In this document: piece after piece, positions 14,055 to 27,619 of the stretch
Position numbering within the stretch: position 1 is the first letter of the stretch
Layout: every line of letters begins with the position of its first letter
NCBI GenBank assembly: GCA_951406725.2
Contig: OX597820.1
Location: 123,504,076 to 123,568,000, forward strand
Origin: Octopus vulgaris
Lineage: Eukaryota
Reading direction: 5' to 3'
Length of the DNA stretch: 63,925 nucleotides
The notes under the pieces: model-generated
The model's database searches: none
Told to the model about the DNA's origin: nothing
What the model saw: only the letters and a program-made list of their open reading frames with translations
Position numbers and translations under genes: made by a program

Positions 14055-14275
14055 GTGTACGTTTATATGGACTCAAAGACGCGCACGTACACTTCAGTCC
14101 TTAGTGTAATCAGTCATTGGTGACGTGTTTTCCTGGCATAAGTCTGGCTATATTTTATCTACCAGCGAGATCAATGGACATTAAGAAAATATATCATCGT
14201 TTTATCTGAAAGCACCTTTGAAAAACACTACTTAAACAGTGAAATTTTAATAACATCGACTGGGTGCACCACCTC

Positions 14276-14340
14276 GCAATTTCGACAAATTATTTGAAAG
14301 ATTGCTTTGAAGAAAACGGATAGAGTTTCCTGATGAAGCC
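14276..14340 (+). ncRNA. Putative non-circularly permuted hammerhead-like motif in a (TA)n-flanked unit (about 14052-14460)
   Basis: gcaauUUC (14276-14283) pairs with GAAAgauugc (14296-14305) as stem III. CUGAUGA lies downstream (14330-14336). Stems I and II only partial. Confidence 0.4.
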
Positions 14341-14699
14341 TCGTAAACAAATTTAATTAAACTTTAAATAGATTTTCTAAGAATAAGCTCACGCAAAATT
14401 GTTTAGTCAGTTTCTTCTTTTCCCGAATACAGCGAGGGGAAATATCAATGTTGTCTTATGAATATATATATATATACATAATAAATTATATTCAAGTAAT
14501 ATTTCATTGAATTATAGTATTATGCTTCATATTTTGAAAAATATATTTGGACTGGATGCTGTTTTTTAAAGAAAATGCCTCACACACATCCACACACCAA
14601 ACACTGTTTCAAACATATGTGAAAAACACACCCCACCAAAATCTGTGAACAAAATTAAGTTCAGAATCTCCCAAAGCAGAAAAAAACAAACAAAATAAA

Positions 14700-14960
14700 A
14701 CAAAAACAAACAAAACAATTAAAAAACTAAAATACTGCCAACAGCCATACATATATTCGAAGGCTATCGCCCTGCTCGAATCAAAAACATATACCTTCCA
14801 ATAATACATGAAGACCGTCATCAATAACCAAACAGAAGCTGGAGAGAAATGGGTCATTGAGAAAATCAGACCGAACCCCAAAATGTTTTCTTTTGCAAAG
14901 AAATACAACGTCACTCTCTCAACTGTTGGTCCTCTTATTGACGAAGATGTCACTCTCCTA
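14700..14960 (+). mobile_element. Decayed CR1/L2-group LINE ORF2 linker fragment
   Basis: EKWVIEKIRPNPKMFSFAKKYNVTLSTVGPLIDED resembles the I..IK.NPK.F.sYak.....iGPL motif. Confidence 0.55.
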
Positions 14961-15089
14961 AATATTCCTCATCTTTTAAATATAGAACTGTATTACAAAG
15001 AATAAGTGCTGGAGTCGATTTGTTCGACTAAACGCAGTGCTAGAGTATGGCCGCAGTCAAATGACTGAAACAAATAAAAGAGTAAAAGA

Positions 15090-15135
<46 letters not shown>

Positions 15136-15899
15136 TTATGTATGTATGTATGTATGTATGCATGTATGTATACGTTTTATCATATATGTACATGTGAATG
15201 AGTTGTATAACACAAAATCGTTCTGAAGAAATCTTGATAGTTCTATCCTCTGGGTAGATTGAACGAGCGTCGTCGGACTTGCTGGAAAGTAAGGTATTAA
15301 ATTATATTAAAAAAATGAGTGGGGTCAAATCCGAACTGTGGGGTATCCGGAATTGAGAGAGTGAAGGAAAGGAAGGAGCCTCGATCAACAGACATCGCTT
15401 TAATACAAACTGGTGGGAAACTGCATATCCTACAGTTGAGACAGATGGAGCTTATGGCTTAGTAGTTTTGACAGGAGATTCGCATGCCAGGCGAGTACCC
15501 TATGTCAGATGACTTTGAAGAGTAGATCCCCAGATTCCTTGCTTTGCGTTTGCGGTTGATGATAACTAGGGAGAGGGAGAGAGCGACAGGGAGAGATAGG
15601 GGAGAGGGACAGAGAGAGATAGGGAGAGAGAGAAAGAGGGGGAATTCAAGGTTTTGTACCTTACATGTAAATGACCCACATCTTAAAAGCTAACAATATA
15701 AATAATAGTTCTAAATTTCCTTAAGAACAATTTTGAAAGAACTAATATGCTATTTCTGAATGACTAAATCGGAGTTTAGATAGAAGCAATCAGAAAAAAA
15801 GATGCTGTAATCTATATTATTGAGGTTTGGGTTTTTTGGTGCCAATTCACGCAGTTTTATAACCGCTAATATGTTCTGTCATAATTCAGTTCGTTCCGC

Positions 15900-16680
15900 T
15901 ATTGCGTGACTAATGACTTTGAGCATGAGGGCACATGGTTCGTGAAAGTATAAATGCTGATCACTTTCTACGACTTATTCTAAAGTGATCGCGGCCTTAA
16001 TCCTTGTTTTTGGACAGCTCCTCCGTTTGTAAGAAAGTACATCGTGGAAAGTTATTGAAACCTAAAAAATTATACCTTATTTCACAAGAGATCTGTCAGT
16101 ATTGATTTGGATTGAGACTTATATCTTTTAAAATGAATTTATTCAAGCTATTTAATTGTAGATCGAAAGACAAACACGCTTCATTGAAAAACGAGTTATC
16201 ATGAATCAATAACTTAAAAACGATGCTGCGTACTTAGTGGTAATTTCAATCAGAACTAGAAGTCATCGTTAAAAACTCGAATTCAAATGAATTTTATAAA
16301 TCTCGCCATCAAAACCCAATCTTAGTGTGAGATATTCAAATCGTTGTATATAATCTTAAGGATAAGGGGCCTGATTTCTTTCGACAATACGGTTTCACTT
16401 GCAATCTAATGTTGGCTGCAATATATCAGCGGGAACTGTAGAATTAATTGCTAACACCAGAAATTTAAACATTCTGAAGCTATCTTACCGATATTCAAAC
16501 TTGCTTTTGATTATTTTTCCAGTTGTAATTTTCAATTTCTGCATACATTCACATTAATCAAATCTCTATCTTACTGATCTCAACGAAAAAGTGTAAACAG
16601 TATTTATTGAAACCTTAGGAGAGACGTTCAGTCTCAAATGTGACAAACTACTAATCGATTATCAGTAAAATAAAGAGATT
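15900..16680 (+). mobile_element. Possible highly decayed hAT (Buster/ZBED8-like) transposase remnant
   Basis: Scattered peptides (KNDAAYLV; LLIIFP...TKK...) weakly resemble Buster-type C-termini; no intact frame. Confidence 0.25.
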
Positions 16681-17178
16681 GAATACGACTGAATAACTAA
16701 AATGAACTGATATACTTTTAGTCAGCCATCACAAATAATTTTAAAAGATTACAGTTTGCTGGTTTAGTATTAAATATTCATTAAAGTTTCACGTTTTCTT
16801 TTTATGCAATCCTATATTTTACTTTGAATTACAATGTATTTATGATTGCATTGATAAGTAAAATTGCCTGTGTTTTACTTACATCAGTGTGAATAGATTG
16901 CAACTGCATCCTATTACATGTTGCACTGAAAGACATAGAGCTACATAACCACCCTTCCCTTCCCTTTCCCTCTGTTTTCTCTCCCTCTCCCTCTAGCTAC
17001 GTATATGTACAGAAATATTTATTTATTTAATATATATATATATGTGTGTAGTTTCCTTATTTTCTGTTTTTTATAAACTTCGTTTAAATTTATTGATTAC
17101 AGTTGGAGAAATGAATTAGACGTAATTGATATTATATATACCTACAAACATATGTACATGAGTGTGCGTGTGTGTGTG

Positions 17179-17209
<31 letters not shown>

Positions 17210-17332
17210 CTGTGTGTGTGCGTGCGTATGTGTTTGTATGTGTGTGTGAGTATGTTAACTCTGCAAGCATACATAATCATAACACTTCCATGATGAAGCT
17301 CGTTGTCATCTTAAGGACAAAATGTTCGACAG

Positions 17333-17348
17333 AATAATAATAATAATG

Positions 17349-17379
<31 letters not shown>

Positions 17380-17381
17380 GG

Positions 17382-17471
<90 letters not shown>
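17333..17471. repeat. (TAA)n microsatellite
   Basis: Directly visible. Confidence 0.97.
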
Positions 17472-17734
17472 GTAACAGCAATAAAATGAACAAATCAGCA
17501 AAACAATTTAGAGATAACTAATTTATTTATTGAAATATTTGTTGTTGGTTGCTGAAAGTAAATTCGTATATTCATATAATTGTTTAGTTTTTGCTTGTCA
17601 TATAATAACGAAAGAAATATATATATAAAACAAAACGAAGAAAATAGAATTTACATAAAACTCATCATCCATTCGTAAAGAGAAATATTTTTCCTAAAAA
17701 AAGCTTTCCCAGTCAAATAAGTGCAGTTTATTTG

Positions 17735-18591
17735 CGGCAGATTCAGCTGAGCATCAGAAAAAACACTCGATGTATTGATTTTTGTCCCTTTATTTCTGGG
17801 GTTCCACATCCAGAGGTTGAATTTGCTTGTTATCCTTTCCTTTCTGATAAAAGCTACAGTCGGGTGCTATTGCCGATGTACTCGGTTGTAGTTTAGTCCT
17901 GATATCGGTGGTCTTCCATTAGTGATAAAAAATTATCCTTATTCGGGAGGTGTATCAGCAAAATCTTTAGGGAGTCGGACAAAATACCTTGTATTATATC
18001 TTCTTTTGAGTTCATATCCTACTGAGGTCAACATTGCCTTTCATCCCTCTGGGGTCGACAAAACTATACTGTCAGTCAAGTACTACTGATGTCGATTTAA
18101 TCGATTAACCTCTTTCCTGAAGTTTCTGGCATTGCCCCTCTCAGTGTTAAAAGCAATTAAAGCCTTCGGATTAGCAGAATCATTAAAGCGTCGGACAAAA
18201 TGTCTTCAGGTATTTTATGTTCTGGGATCCAGTCCTCCAGAGATCAACTGTGTCTTAAGATCCCTCCTGAGTCAAGCATGGTCAGTATAAATGATCGCTT
18301 TTCTCCTCTTAAATTTGATGGCCTTGTGCATAAGTGCGAAACTATAAAGCGATGAGGTTGAAGAATTGTTGATGCGTCAGAAAAACACTTCGCAGCATTT
18401 GGTCCGGTTCTTTCGGTTCTGAGTTCAAATCACCAAGTTCAACTTTTCCGTTCGTCTCCGCGATGTCGATAAAATAAAGTACCAGTCACAATGAAGTCTG
18501 TAGTATAGACTAATCCTATCTTTTCAAAATCGCATGTCATCGCCACCATCCTCATCACCGTTGTCTTCATCGTCATAGATCTCATCATCCC

Positions 18592-18633
<42 letters not shown>

Positions 18634-18750
18634 TACTTATTAATAATATTAGGAGGATAAAGGCGGCGAGTTAGCAAAATCGTTAGTACGCCGGACAAAA
18701 TTCTAAGGGGCATTTCACCTGTCTTAGCGTTCTGAGTTCAAATTCGATAA
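17735..18750 (+). mobile_element. Head-to-tail cluster of about 5 degraded Meta-domain-type SINE copies
   Basis: Recurring head (ggcagaatc.ttag..cg.cggacaaaat) and ctgagttcaaat / cctttcatcc..ggggtcga modules every 200-300 bp. Confidence 0.7.
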
Positions 18751-19723
18751 TCTTATAATGCTCTACCCATACTGCCAGAACATGAAACAAGGAAGGAGCG
18801 CACTGCAACAACAACGACAGCAACAACAGCAACACCAGTGTGCAATACCAGAATCAGTGGCGTAGCAGCAGTAAGGGGGTGGAGCTATAATTACATTATC
18901 TGGACGAACAACAGTAAAAACGAAATCGTCAACAACCACGGCAAAAACTCTGGGAAAAGAAAGAGCAGTGGCATCAACAACATTATCAATAAATCTGTCA
19001 GTAGTAGTAACTGAGGAGGCGAAAAATAATGACTATAACAAAGCAATCGCAACCCAGGGGATACCACAACACTACAATATTTCTTCCCCTGCTCCTGTTC
19101 TCCTTTTCCTTTGTACATGCAAAAACAGGGACGTAGAGACACAAGAAAATATTCCACATGACGCGGTCCCTGTCCAAGGTGAGTATGGGAGGAACGGCCA
19201 GGAAAAGCCAAGGAAAGCCAAAGAGAAAACGAAGAGAAACCCGGAAACAACACTAAATCTACTACAAGTACACTGTCACTTTCACCAACACTGTCAAAGA
19301 AAATAAAATGTAAAAACCCAATAACGTTGAACACAGAAAGGGGAAACCAGCAGTGAAACACTCAAATCTACCAACGACTGAAGCAGTATCAATACCAGCT
19401 ACAAATTCTACTCTACCCAGAACATTAACAAATTGTACGCACATCCTACATTTACAAACCAAAAACAATGAATGATGGAAAATAATGATTCAAATAACGT
19501 CTTAAAGTGAAGGTGCTTCGCATGACAGAAACCCACTGTGCAGCAGGGTGGGCCCGGTCGTAATTCAGCTTCTGCTAGCCGTGCAAAAAGGTAGAAGTTG
19601 AATAAACAGGTAAACGCAGTCATCATTGGTGTGCTATTATCGCAGCAAACTAGTAAATGAAATTCGTGGTACAATAATGGACTATCGACAGAGAATGGTT
19701 ATTATTATTATTATTATTATTAT

Positions 19724-20186
19724 TGAGTGAGAGAGCAGTTCATGCCATCAAAGTGACACTGGGGTAAAATATACGAAGCTCAATATACCCACCATGACTA
19801 CCCGTCTGATAAGGGTACACCAGGCACATGCATCACCAGCATATGTGCGAGACATGGTGATCTCATATCAAGATAAACAGCACATGACCTTGCAGGTGGG
19901 GCCCAGTTATAATTTTCTTCAGGTCGAGTAACCCATCCCACTCGAAAGGTCCCTGAATAAGGGTTGTTTAAGGACGTTGAACGAAACACCCATGTTTCCA
20001 CAAGTGAATTATTCAAACCCCAAAGAATCCCTCTCAACACATGGCTATGATGCTCCCCCACTACTTCTGCTCGTGATCAGAGATGCACATATCGTCAGCC
20101 ACTAAGGGACATGCTCAACTGGTTAAAGGTCAAACAACTGACAAGCAAATCTGTGGTATTGAGCAGAATATTTGCTGTAGCCCATC

Positions 20187-20189
<3 letters not shown>
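19724..20189 (-). mobile_element. Short non-autonomous retroelement inserted in (TTA)n, possibly mobilised by an R4/Dong-like LINE
   Basis: Flanked on both sides by (TTA)n; second copy at 9630-9872; no ORF. Strand and partner are inferred. Confidence 0.65.
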
Positions 20190-20238
<49 letters not shown>

Positions 20239-20380
20239 ATTATTACCATCATTATTATTATTTCTATTATTATCATTATCATTGTTGTTGTGGTTGTTGT
20301 TGTTGTTATTACTATTATTATCAATTTGCCTTGTTTATCATTTGTGTATTCATTGCATATAGCAGTGTGAGTTTGGGTAT

Positions 20381-20605
20381 ACTCTTACTCTTTTACTCTT
20401 TTACTCTTTTACTTGTTTCAGTCATTTGACTGTGGCCATGCTGGAGCACCGCCTTTAATCGAGCAACTCGACCCCGGGACTTATTCTTTTGTAAGCCCAG
20501 TACTTATTCTATCGGTCTCTTTTGCCGAACCGCTAAGTAACGGGGACATAAACACACCAGCATCGGTTGTCAAGCAATGCTAGGGGGACAAACACATACA
20601 CACAA

Positions 20606-20636
<31 letters not shown>

Positions 20637-20807
20637 CATATATACGACGGGCTTCTTTCAGTTTCCGTCTACCAAATCCACTCACAAGGCTTTGGTCGGC
20701 CCGAGGCTATTGTAGAAGACACTTGTCCAAGGTGCCACGCAGTGGGACTGAACCCGGAACCATGTGGTTGGTAGACAAGCTACTTACCACACAGCCACTC
20801 CTGCGCC
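20381..20807 (-). mobile_element. Full-length CORE-type tRNA SINE
   Basis: Near-identical reverse complement of 46696-47097, with (GTAAAAGA)n tail. Confidence 0.92.
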
Positions 20808-20845
20808 TTCTGGAGAATTGGAGAATTATTTTTATTTGTTGTTTC

Positions 20846-21620
20846 TAATGTGTTGCAGATATTCTAGATGATATTTTCAGTTCCTAGTAATGCTATTTTC
20901 TGTACATTGCACATATTCTTAAATCCTTGATTGTACTTGTGCATTTGTTTGCACTCCCAAATCACCTGTTATTATACGAATTGTTTATTTCTTCACTTTC
21001 GAAATTAATATTATTTTCCCTTTCCTATCTTTAGATTTCGATAATTTCTTTTTGTTTCAGCAATACATTATCTGGGGTTCATGTGTCAATTAGGAGACAT
21101 TTTCTTTTTCGATGGTGCTTGATTGCTACATTTTGTTGATTAGTTTTCAGCACCCACGTCTCTGTGTATTGACATACATCAGAGTGTGATCGCTGTGTCA
21201 TTCCCTCATACATTCTCTGATATACACATACACAAATTCTTATCTGCTGGCATTTTGTAACGCTGAGATAAATTCCATTTTTTTTTATAAGTATCGTCTC
21301 ACTAATATACCTGCAGAAGTGTTTTTTTCATAGTTGTTTCTCCCTCATGGCTATATGTTCTTTTATTATAGTGTGCCTACTTCATGACCTGCATTTTGGC
21401 AATTCGACAGCTTTTTTTTTATTCTGTTTACCAATAAATATATTACGTAAATAGTCAGAAGGCGCAGGCGTGGCTGTTCTGATAAGAAGCTGACTTCCCG
21501 TCTACATGGTTCTAGGTTCAGTCTCCCTGCATGGCATCTTGACCAAGTGTCTTCTACTATAGCCACGGGTCAGAAGCCTTGTGAGTGGATTGGGTAGACG
21601 GAAACTGAAAGAAGCCCGTC

Positions 21621-21709
<89 letters not shown>

Positions 21710-22330
21710 TATAAATATGTATATATATATATATATGTGTGTGTGTATGTGTGTGTGTGTTTATGTGTGTATTTATGTGTGTATATGTCTGTTTGTCCCC
21801 ACCGCCATCACTTTACAAACGATACTGGTGTGTTTATGTCCCTGTGACTTAGTAGTTCGGCAAAAGAGCACAATACAATAAGTACTAGGCCTACAAAGAA
21901 TAACACCTGGGATTGTTTTCTTCGACTAAGACCCTTTAAGGCGGTGCTCCAGAATGGCCGAAGTCATGTGACTGAAACAAGTAAAATAGTAAAAGAGATT
22001 ATACGTTAAACAGTTGCATCTATAATATTTTTTCCTTATTTTGTGCCTGTTCCACCGCATTCGGTTCATCAATTCCCAAGAAATTGTATACATGTTTTTC
22101 ACTAATTTTCTTATCTCAGTTTCTTCACATCATATTAATTTTCATAAGCAATCTCCCAGTTTTTCTCATCAAAATCCCTCAAGTGTTTCTCCGGGAGATG
22201 GATTTCTAATTTCTACTTGTTTATTATAAACAGTATCCAACTTGATGCAGTCTGTACATAAAATATGCTTGGTTTTCCTTCTATATTATACTATCTGCAT
22301 TCGTGGAAATTCCACGGTGAATACGAAATT
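20846..22330 (-). mobile_element. Decayed R4/Dong-like LINE 3' part, interrupted by a SINE at 21461-21997
   Basis: Minus-strand NVQKIALLGTENII (QK.ALLGT C-terminal RLE motif) and KRKCLLID. Upstream boundary uncertain. Confidence 0.55.
21461..21997 (+). mobile_element. CORE-type tRNA SINE with expanded internal (TA)n/(TG)n
   Basis: Colinear with 46696-47097. Confidence 0.88.
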
Positions 22331-23812
22331 TTAAAGATGGTTTTAAGTTTATACAGAGCCATAAAATTTAGCGTTTCTTTAACTGTATAATGTACATTAT
22401 TTTCTTTAAAAAAAAAATTCAGTCCTTCGGGACAAGGCTGTAACTCAGCATTTCATGGGTTCATTCATAAATCTAACAGCTTTAGAATGATTACAGAAAA
22501 TATTCGTATCATCAATGTTGCAACTTTCAACCGTATGTTTGTATTCCACTTCGTATTTTACATTTTCCACCGTACCCTCACTCGCATACGTTTATTTTCA
22601 CTTTTCATCACACTGGAAACAGTAAAATAAGTAGCACGTAGGATAATGGGCAACCTGTATGCGATCCTTCGATTGTCTTGAAATAGTAATTAAGCCTTCC
22701 TGAAATCAAAGAAAAGTACAGTTTAAGTAGCTCTCGCTCGCAAGTTGGCATAGCTCGAAAACTACATCGTGCATTCGCAAATTATGTTGGGAACATAAGC
22801 AGTAGCAAGCAAACATAGACACCCTGTCGGCATCCGCGTGCTTGGTCAAATGAAACAACTAGGATGTGACACGAAGATAGAAAGAAAGAAAGAGAAACCG
22901 AGAGAGGGAAAGAGAGATAGAGAGAGAGAGAGGGGAGAAAGACAGAGAGAGATAGAGGGGAGAGAGAGAGACAGAAACACAGAAAGAGAAAGAGAAAGCT
23001 AACTCATCCAATACCCTACTGATAATCATTACAGTTGACTGGGGCAACGGAAAATGAAGCATCTTGCTTAAAGCTACAAGCTACCCATTCCGGGATTTGA
23101 ACAGACAACATACTGACCATGAGCTGAATTTTTTAAACACTAGGTCATACACCTTCACCAAATAACACATTAGCTTATGGGAAGAAAAGAACAGAAATGG
23201 AATATTGGAAAGTTGTGTATTCAAAACCAATAAATTGACAGAATGGTTTCACTGGCAATGCCTTTTGTCGTAGGCCAGATTAATGCAGTGAGAACTAACG
23301 CAAAGTTAAACAAGATTATTAGTAAATGAATACCAGTAGTTTACTGAGCATGTTTCAAATGGCTATATGTGTTTGTGTACACAGATTTCAACAATGAAAC
23401 ACCAACACAAATATTTGTATGCAAAACCAAGATTACAGTCCACAGTAATCAATGCAACTGAAACGACTTGAAGTGGTAACCAACCTTTGGAATTTATTAT
23501 AAAAGCGTAAAGGTTGTAGAGGCGGTGAATTTTCTGCAGTTAACTTATGCTAAGTTTGTCAATGAATCAATGATAATTATAGGTGGTTTTACTGCCTAAA
23601 GATCCGGTAATTGACATGGATTAAGGGATATTCAAGAAATATTGTAGTCTTCGATGACCATTAAGTCGGCATTTTAGTAAAAGTCAAGTGGTCCTGGTAA
23701 TTCTTGGAGCATGTCCGGCAGCTTAATTATATGCATTAATCAAATTGGGGCCACAGACTCGTAGTGTGAGTATCTATACATAAGTGTGTGCCTGTGTGTA
23801 TGCGTGTTCCCG

Positions 23813-23862
<50 letters not shown>

Positions 23863-24133
23863 GAGTGTCAGTGCGTGTGTATAATAGGTACACATGTATA
23901 TACATCTATCTATATATATATGTGTGCGTGTGTATACGTACATTATACACATACATATTCATTGATTCACTGTACTAAGAATAGAAATACAATTTGCTTG
24001 CATAGCAAGTAGTAGCCGTGTGTTTGTGGTATTAATACACGGAAAAGTTTGTAATTGGGCAAACATGATGAAACTGTACAATTGTAAGTTCTTGACATTC
24101 TTGTTTACACTCTAATCTATGCTTTTATCCATA

Positions 24134-24187
<54 letters not shown>

Positions 24188-24630
24188 CATATATATGTAT
24201 ATGTGTGTGTGTATGTGTGTGCATCTCTGTGCGTACGTGTAAGTGTGTGTGCAAGCGTGTGTATATGTGTGAGTATATTGCTGTATTACATTTTGTTTAA
24301 CTCCATCATAGATTTGAGAGGCTAAAGAGTGTTAACTCTGCTATTGAAAATTGTGTAATATTTGAGTTTAGCTTAATATATGTTTATTCTAAAATAAATA
24401 TTAAACAGTTATTAAACACCGGTTTATCTTGGCACTCAGCTCCCAAGCACACACACACACATGCACTTTTGTATATATGTGGGCGTATCGATATATATAC
24501 ACGTATATTAATGGTTTAAATTTAATTTAGAGTAGTAATCCTTTGAAGCCTTAAATATTTCCAAGACCTCAGACTCGACATCTAAAAGAAATGATAATTG
24601 TTTCTCATATCTATTGTGTTTTATATTTTA

Positions 24631-24931
24631 TCAGCAGTATCGCCCGGCGTTGCTCGGGTTTGTAAGGGAAATAACTATATAAGCATTTTTAGAGAGTTAC
24701 TTCCCTTATATAATACCAAAAAATGCATTAAAAATGGGAAAAATGATGGTAATTTTTTTTTTAAATCGTGGACTCATTGTAGATGCGTGCTAATACCTAG
24801 AAGGGCTCGAAATGAATCACGACTATAAGATACCCGCTTTTGGTTAAACTACACCGCAAAATGTGGGAATAGTTAGGAATCTAAATCGTAGGAGACAGAC
24901 ACTCACACAACTTCACTTTTATATATAAAGA
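24631..24931 (-). mobile_element. Non-autonomous Helitron (short variant)
   Basis: Same family as 29519-29920: 5' TC end and subterminal hairpin cccg(a)gcaacgccggg; CTAG end mutated. Confidence 0.8.
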
Positions 24932-26135
24932 TAGAAAGCAGAATGTGAACGCGTGACTGAAATTATAACAAGCAAGAACACTCAGAGAGCGAAAACCTCC
25001 GCCAAGGCAGCACCAACGTCCTGAATTCTTTCATTGGGCACAGGGCCTCTTATAAAGATGGGACAACACAAAAACAGACAAAACAATACAATGGGGTGGT
25101 ACATAAAAACGCATATCGTATGAAATTATGGATACAATGAAAAATGAGGGTGGAATGACTTACCTGACCCCATAAGCAGGCAGTTTCATTTCAATGCTTT
25201 TATATGACATTTTACTAACAGTTAAATATCTGTCTTGTACCTGTTGGTTTTCTCTTTAAAAGAATTACACGAAGTCATTAATTATTCTGTTCTTAATTTC
25301 TTCACTTACCCTCATTTACGCCAAATGCCTCGTTATATCTTTGAATGCTACCACAGGTGGCAATTCATCAAAACGAAGCTGTACCGGTGTCACTTCTAAC
25401 TTTTTACCAAACAATTCCTTTAACCGTTCTCCTCTCTCTCTCTTTCCAACAGAACGGCTTTCAAACCTACATTGTTCTCATTGGGTGACAATTTAACTCT
25501 GATTAAGTTCTTCATTTTCGCTATCTTTTTTCAATCTCTACTCTTTTTATGTAGTGTATCATATTTCTTAAGTGTTTTCCTTTCGGTATCACTGTCCGTT
25601 TTTCTTCACCAATCTCTTCTACAGTTGCTGGTATTCCTATGACTCTCATTTTTGTTGCTATCCTTTCTCTTTCATCTTCCTTTTGCTTCTGTACTTTCTC
25701 CTCCTTGCTAGTCGTTGGTAACGGTTCCTGTTTACGCTCTTCGACTTTCTCACTTTTGTAGGCCTTTCATTTTTTTCTCTGCTCGTTCGCTTTCCCTTGT
25801 TTCACACTCTGCGTCTCCTCTCCACTTCCCTTTCTTTTCTTCCAAAGGGTTTTTGGTGGAGAGTTCGTGTTACACTTTTTCCAAATCACCACTGTATACT
25901 GTTCTTCCATACTTTGCTCCTCTACAGTTGAACCGCCTTATTCTTGTTGTTCTTTCTCTATCTCCTCCTCATGTGTATATGCGTGCATCTATGTATGCTG
26001 GGAGGTATTCCGATGCTTTGAAATATATAGTGAGTGAATATGAACACCAACCTTTGAAATTTGTTCTGTCATTCTTGGCTTTACGTGTGTGTGTGTGTTT
26101 GTATGTATGTATTATAGTGGGGTAAGTCGATTTAC

Positions 26136-26196
26136 GGCGTTACCCTGGATTTCTCGCTCATGAAGAGTTTAGCCTTACGGCGTATCTTCAGACCCC
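26136..26196 (-). ncRNA. Type I hammerhead ribozyme (PLE terminal repeat, left arm)
   Basis: GGGGU-CUGAAGA-uacgc...gcga-GAAA-uccagg-GUA-ACGCC. Confidence 0.7.
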
Positions 26197-26413
26197 AAAC
26201 ACTGCTGACCTGAGTGAGACCGCTTTAAAATATAGATGGTGGAAAAGCCTCGTTTTTAACGGTAAAAACCCTGGGTGATTATTTCCCTTTACCATTGTTC
26301 ATCGATCTTCGGCCGTGCTGTCATATTGTAGTCACCAAAGCACCACGAAGGTAAGCGATTGTCTCTCTTCGGCCTTGGGTGCTGGTCTCCCGCTGTGATG
26401 CTGCTCTGCGGAT

Positions 26414-26761
26414 TCAAAAAACCAGTATGAATTTTCTAAAATGTAAGCATGGTCCGAAAATCTCCGTCCTGGATTTCAGGATGCCCCCTGGTACAAGCGA
26501 GTCTTTAAGAATCCTCGTGCGTTCGGCAATGCATAACTTCCACCGTTTCGTCCCATTGATGTAGGGGCCTGGGTTCTCGAGTATTTTCCATGCGATCGAG
26601 TATGGAATCTCTTCGTCTCGTAATTGCCAGATATGGCTGGCAACTGATGTCACGCATCTCCTTTCCGGGACTCCGAAGGGGGACAGATAATTGGAAATAC
26701 CCTGTTTGAGAGAGTTCCGAGTGCACCCCATGTACTTCTGTGAGCGCGTGGTGTTGCGCAT
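26414..26761 (-). pseudogene. GIY-YIG endonuclease C-terminal remnant of a Penelope-like element
   Basis: KYMGCTRNSLKQGISNYLSPF...SVASHIWQLRDEEIPYSIAWKILE..GPY...TKRWKLCIAER...KSRTEIFGPCLHFRKF matches the PLE endonuclease pattern YIG.t...fK.R..nH..sF....T.ls..IW.Lk....Y.i.W.Il....pY....krC.LC..Ek...n.r.E....C.H..K. Confidence 0.85.
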
Positions 26762-26806
26762 GTTGCTGTTGTTTGTGGTGCTACTGTTGCTTTTGCTGTT
26801 GCTGTT

Positions 26807-27150
26807 GAGCTTAGCGGTCTTCGTCCAGTAGAGGAAGTCCGAAACGTGGTCCTTTGCTATTCGTAAGACCCGCAGAAGAGAAAGCAGGTCAACCCCCCCC
26901 CCCCCCCGTCACCGAGAGCATCCAGGCTCAGCTGTTGCATAGGAAGTCGGGGACAAGAAACAGAAAGAAAGCGTGAGAGAAAGTTGGAGCGAAAGAGTAC
27001 AACAGGGGTCGCCACAAACCCCTGCCGGAGCCACGTGTAGCTTTAGGTGTTTTCGCTCAATAAACGCACACAACGCCCGGTCTGGGAATCGAAACTGCGA
27101 TCGTCCGCCCGCGAGTCCGCTGCCCTAACCATTGGGCCATTGCGCCTCCA
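26807..27150 (-). mobile_element. tRNA(Arg)-headed SINE with the same head as 2346-2727 but a different tail, nested in the PLE pair
   Basis: First about 190 nt colinear with 2346-2540, then an unrelated tail ending in (CAA/CAG)n. Confidence 0.85.
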
Positions 27151-27558
27151 CTTGTTGGTGCTGCTGTTGTTGGTGCCATTGTTGCTGCTACCATTACCGC
27201 TGATGCAGCCGGTGGTGTTGTCGCTGCTGGATTTGGGGCTGCTGCTGTTGGTGCTGGTCATATTCTCGTCCCTGCGCGTGTTGCATGTGGTGCAGTCGTT
27301 GTTGTTGCTGCTGGTGCTGGCTTTGCTGTTGTTGCAGTTGTTGTTACTGTTGTTGTTGCTGTTGTCGGCAATGCTGCTGACGCTGCCATCGACGGAAGTA
27401 CGTCGGATGCATTGGGAACTCTCCCAAACAGCGTATTTCCAATCATCTGTCCTTCTTCAGAGTTCCGGAAAGGAGATACGTGACACCCTTGGCCAGTCTT
27501 ATAAACGAGGCTTTTCCTCACCACCATGCTTTAAAGAGGTCTTAGGCCAGCAGTGTTT

Positions 27559-27619
27559 GGGGTCTGAAGATACGCCGTAAGGTTAAACCTTTTATGAGCG
27601 AGAAACCCAGAGTAACCCC
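27559..27619 (+). ncRNA. Type I hammerhead ribozyme (PLE terminal repeat, right arm)
   Basis: GGGGU-CUGAAGA-uacgc...gcga-GAAA-cccaga-GUA-ACCCC, with a perfect 5-bp stem I. Confidence 0.78.

Noticed and set aside
17735-18750. Regularly spaced repeats as a CRISPR-like array
   Set aside because: The units are diverged SINEs of over 200 bp in eukaryotic DNA, with no repeat-spacer structure or cas genes.
20030-20189. Structured end of the (TAA)n-inserted element containing CUGACGA on the minus strand
   Set aside because: I could not assemble a convincing HHR or HDV-like fold by eye.
26826-26852. cagtagaggaagtccgaaacgtggtc, HHR-like, antisense in the SINE tail
   Set aside because: Two core mismatches and no stem I pairing.
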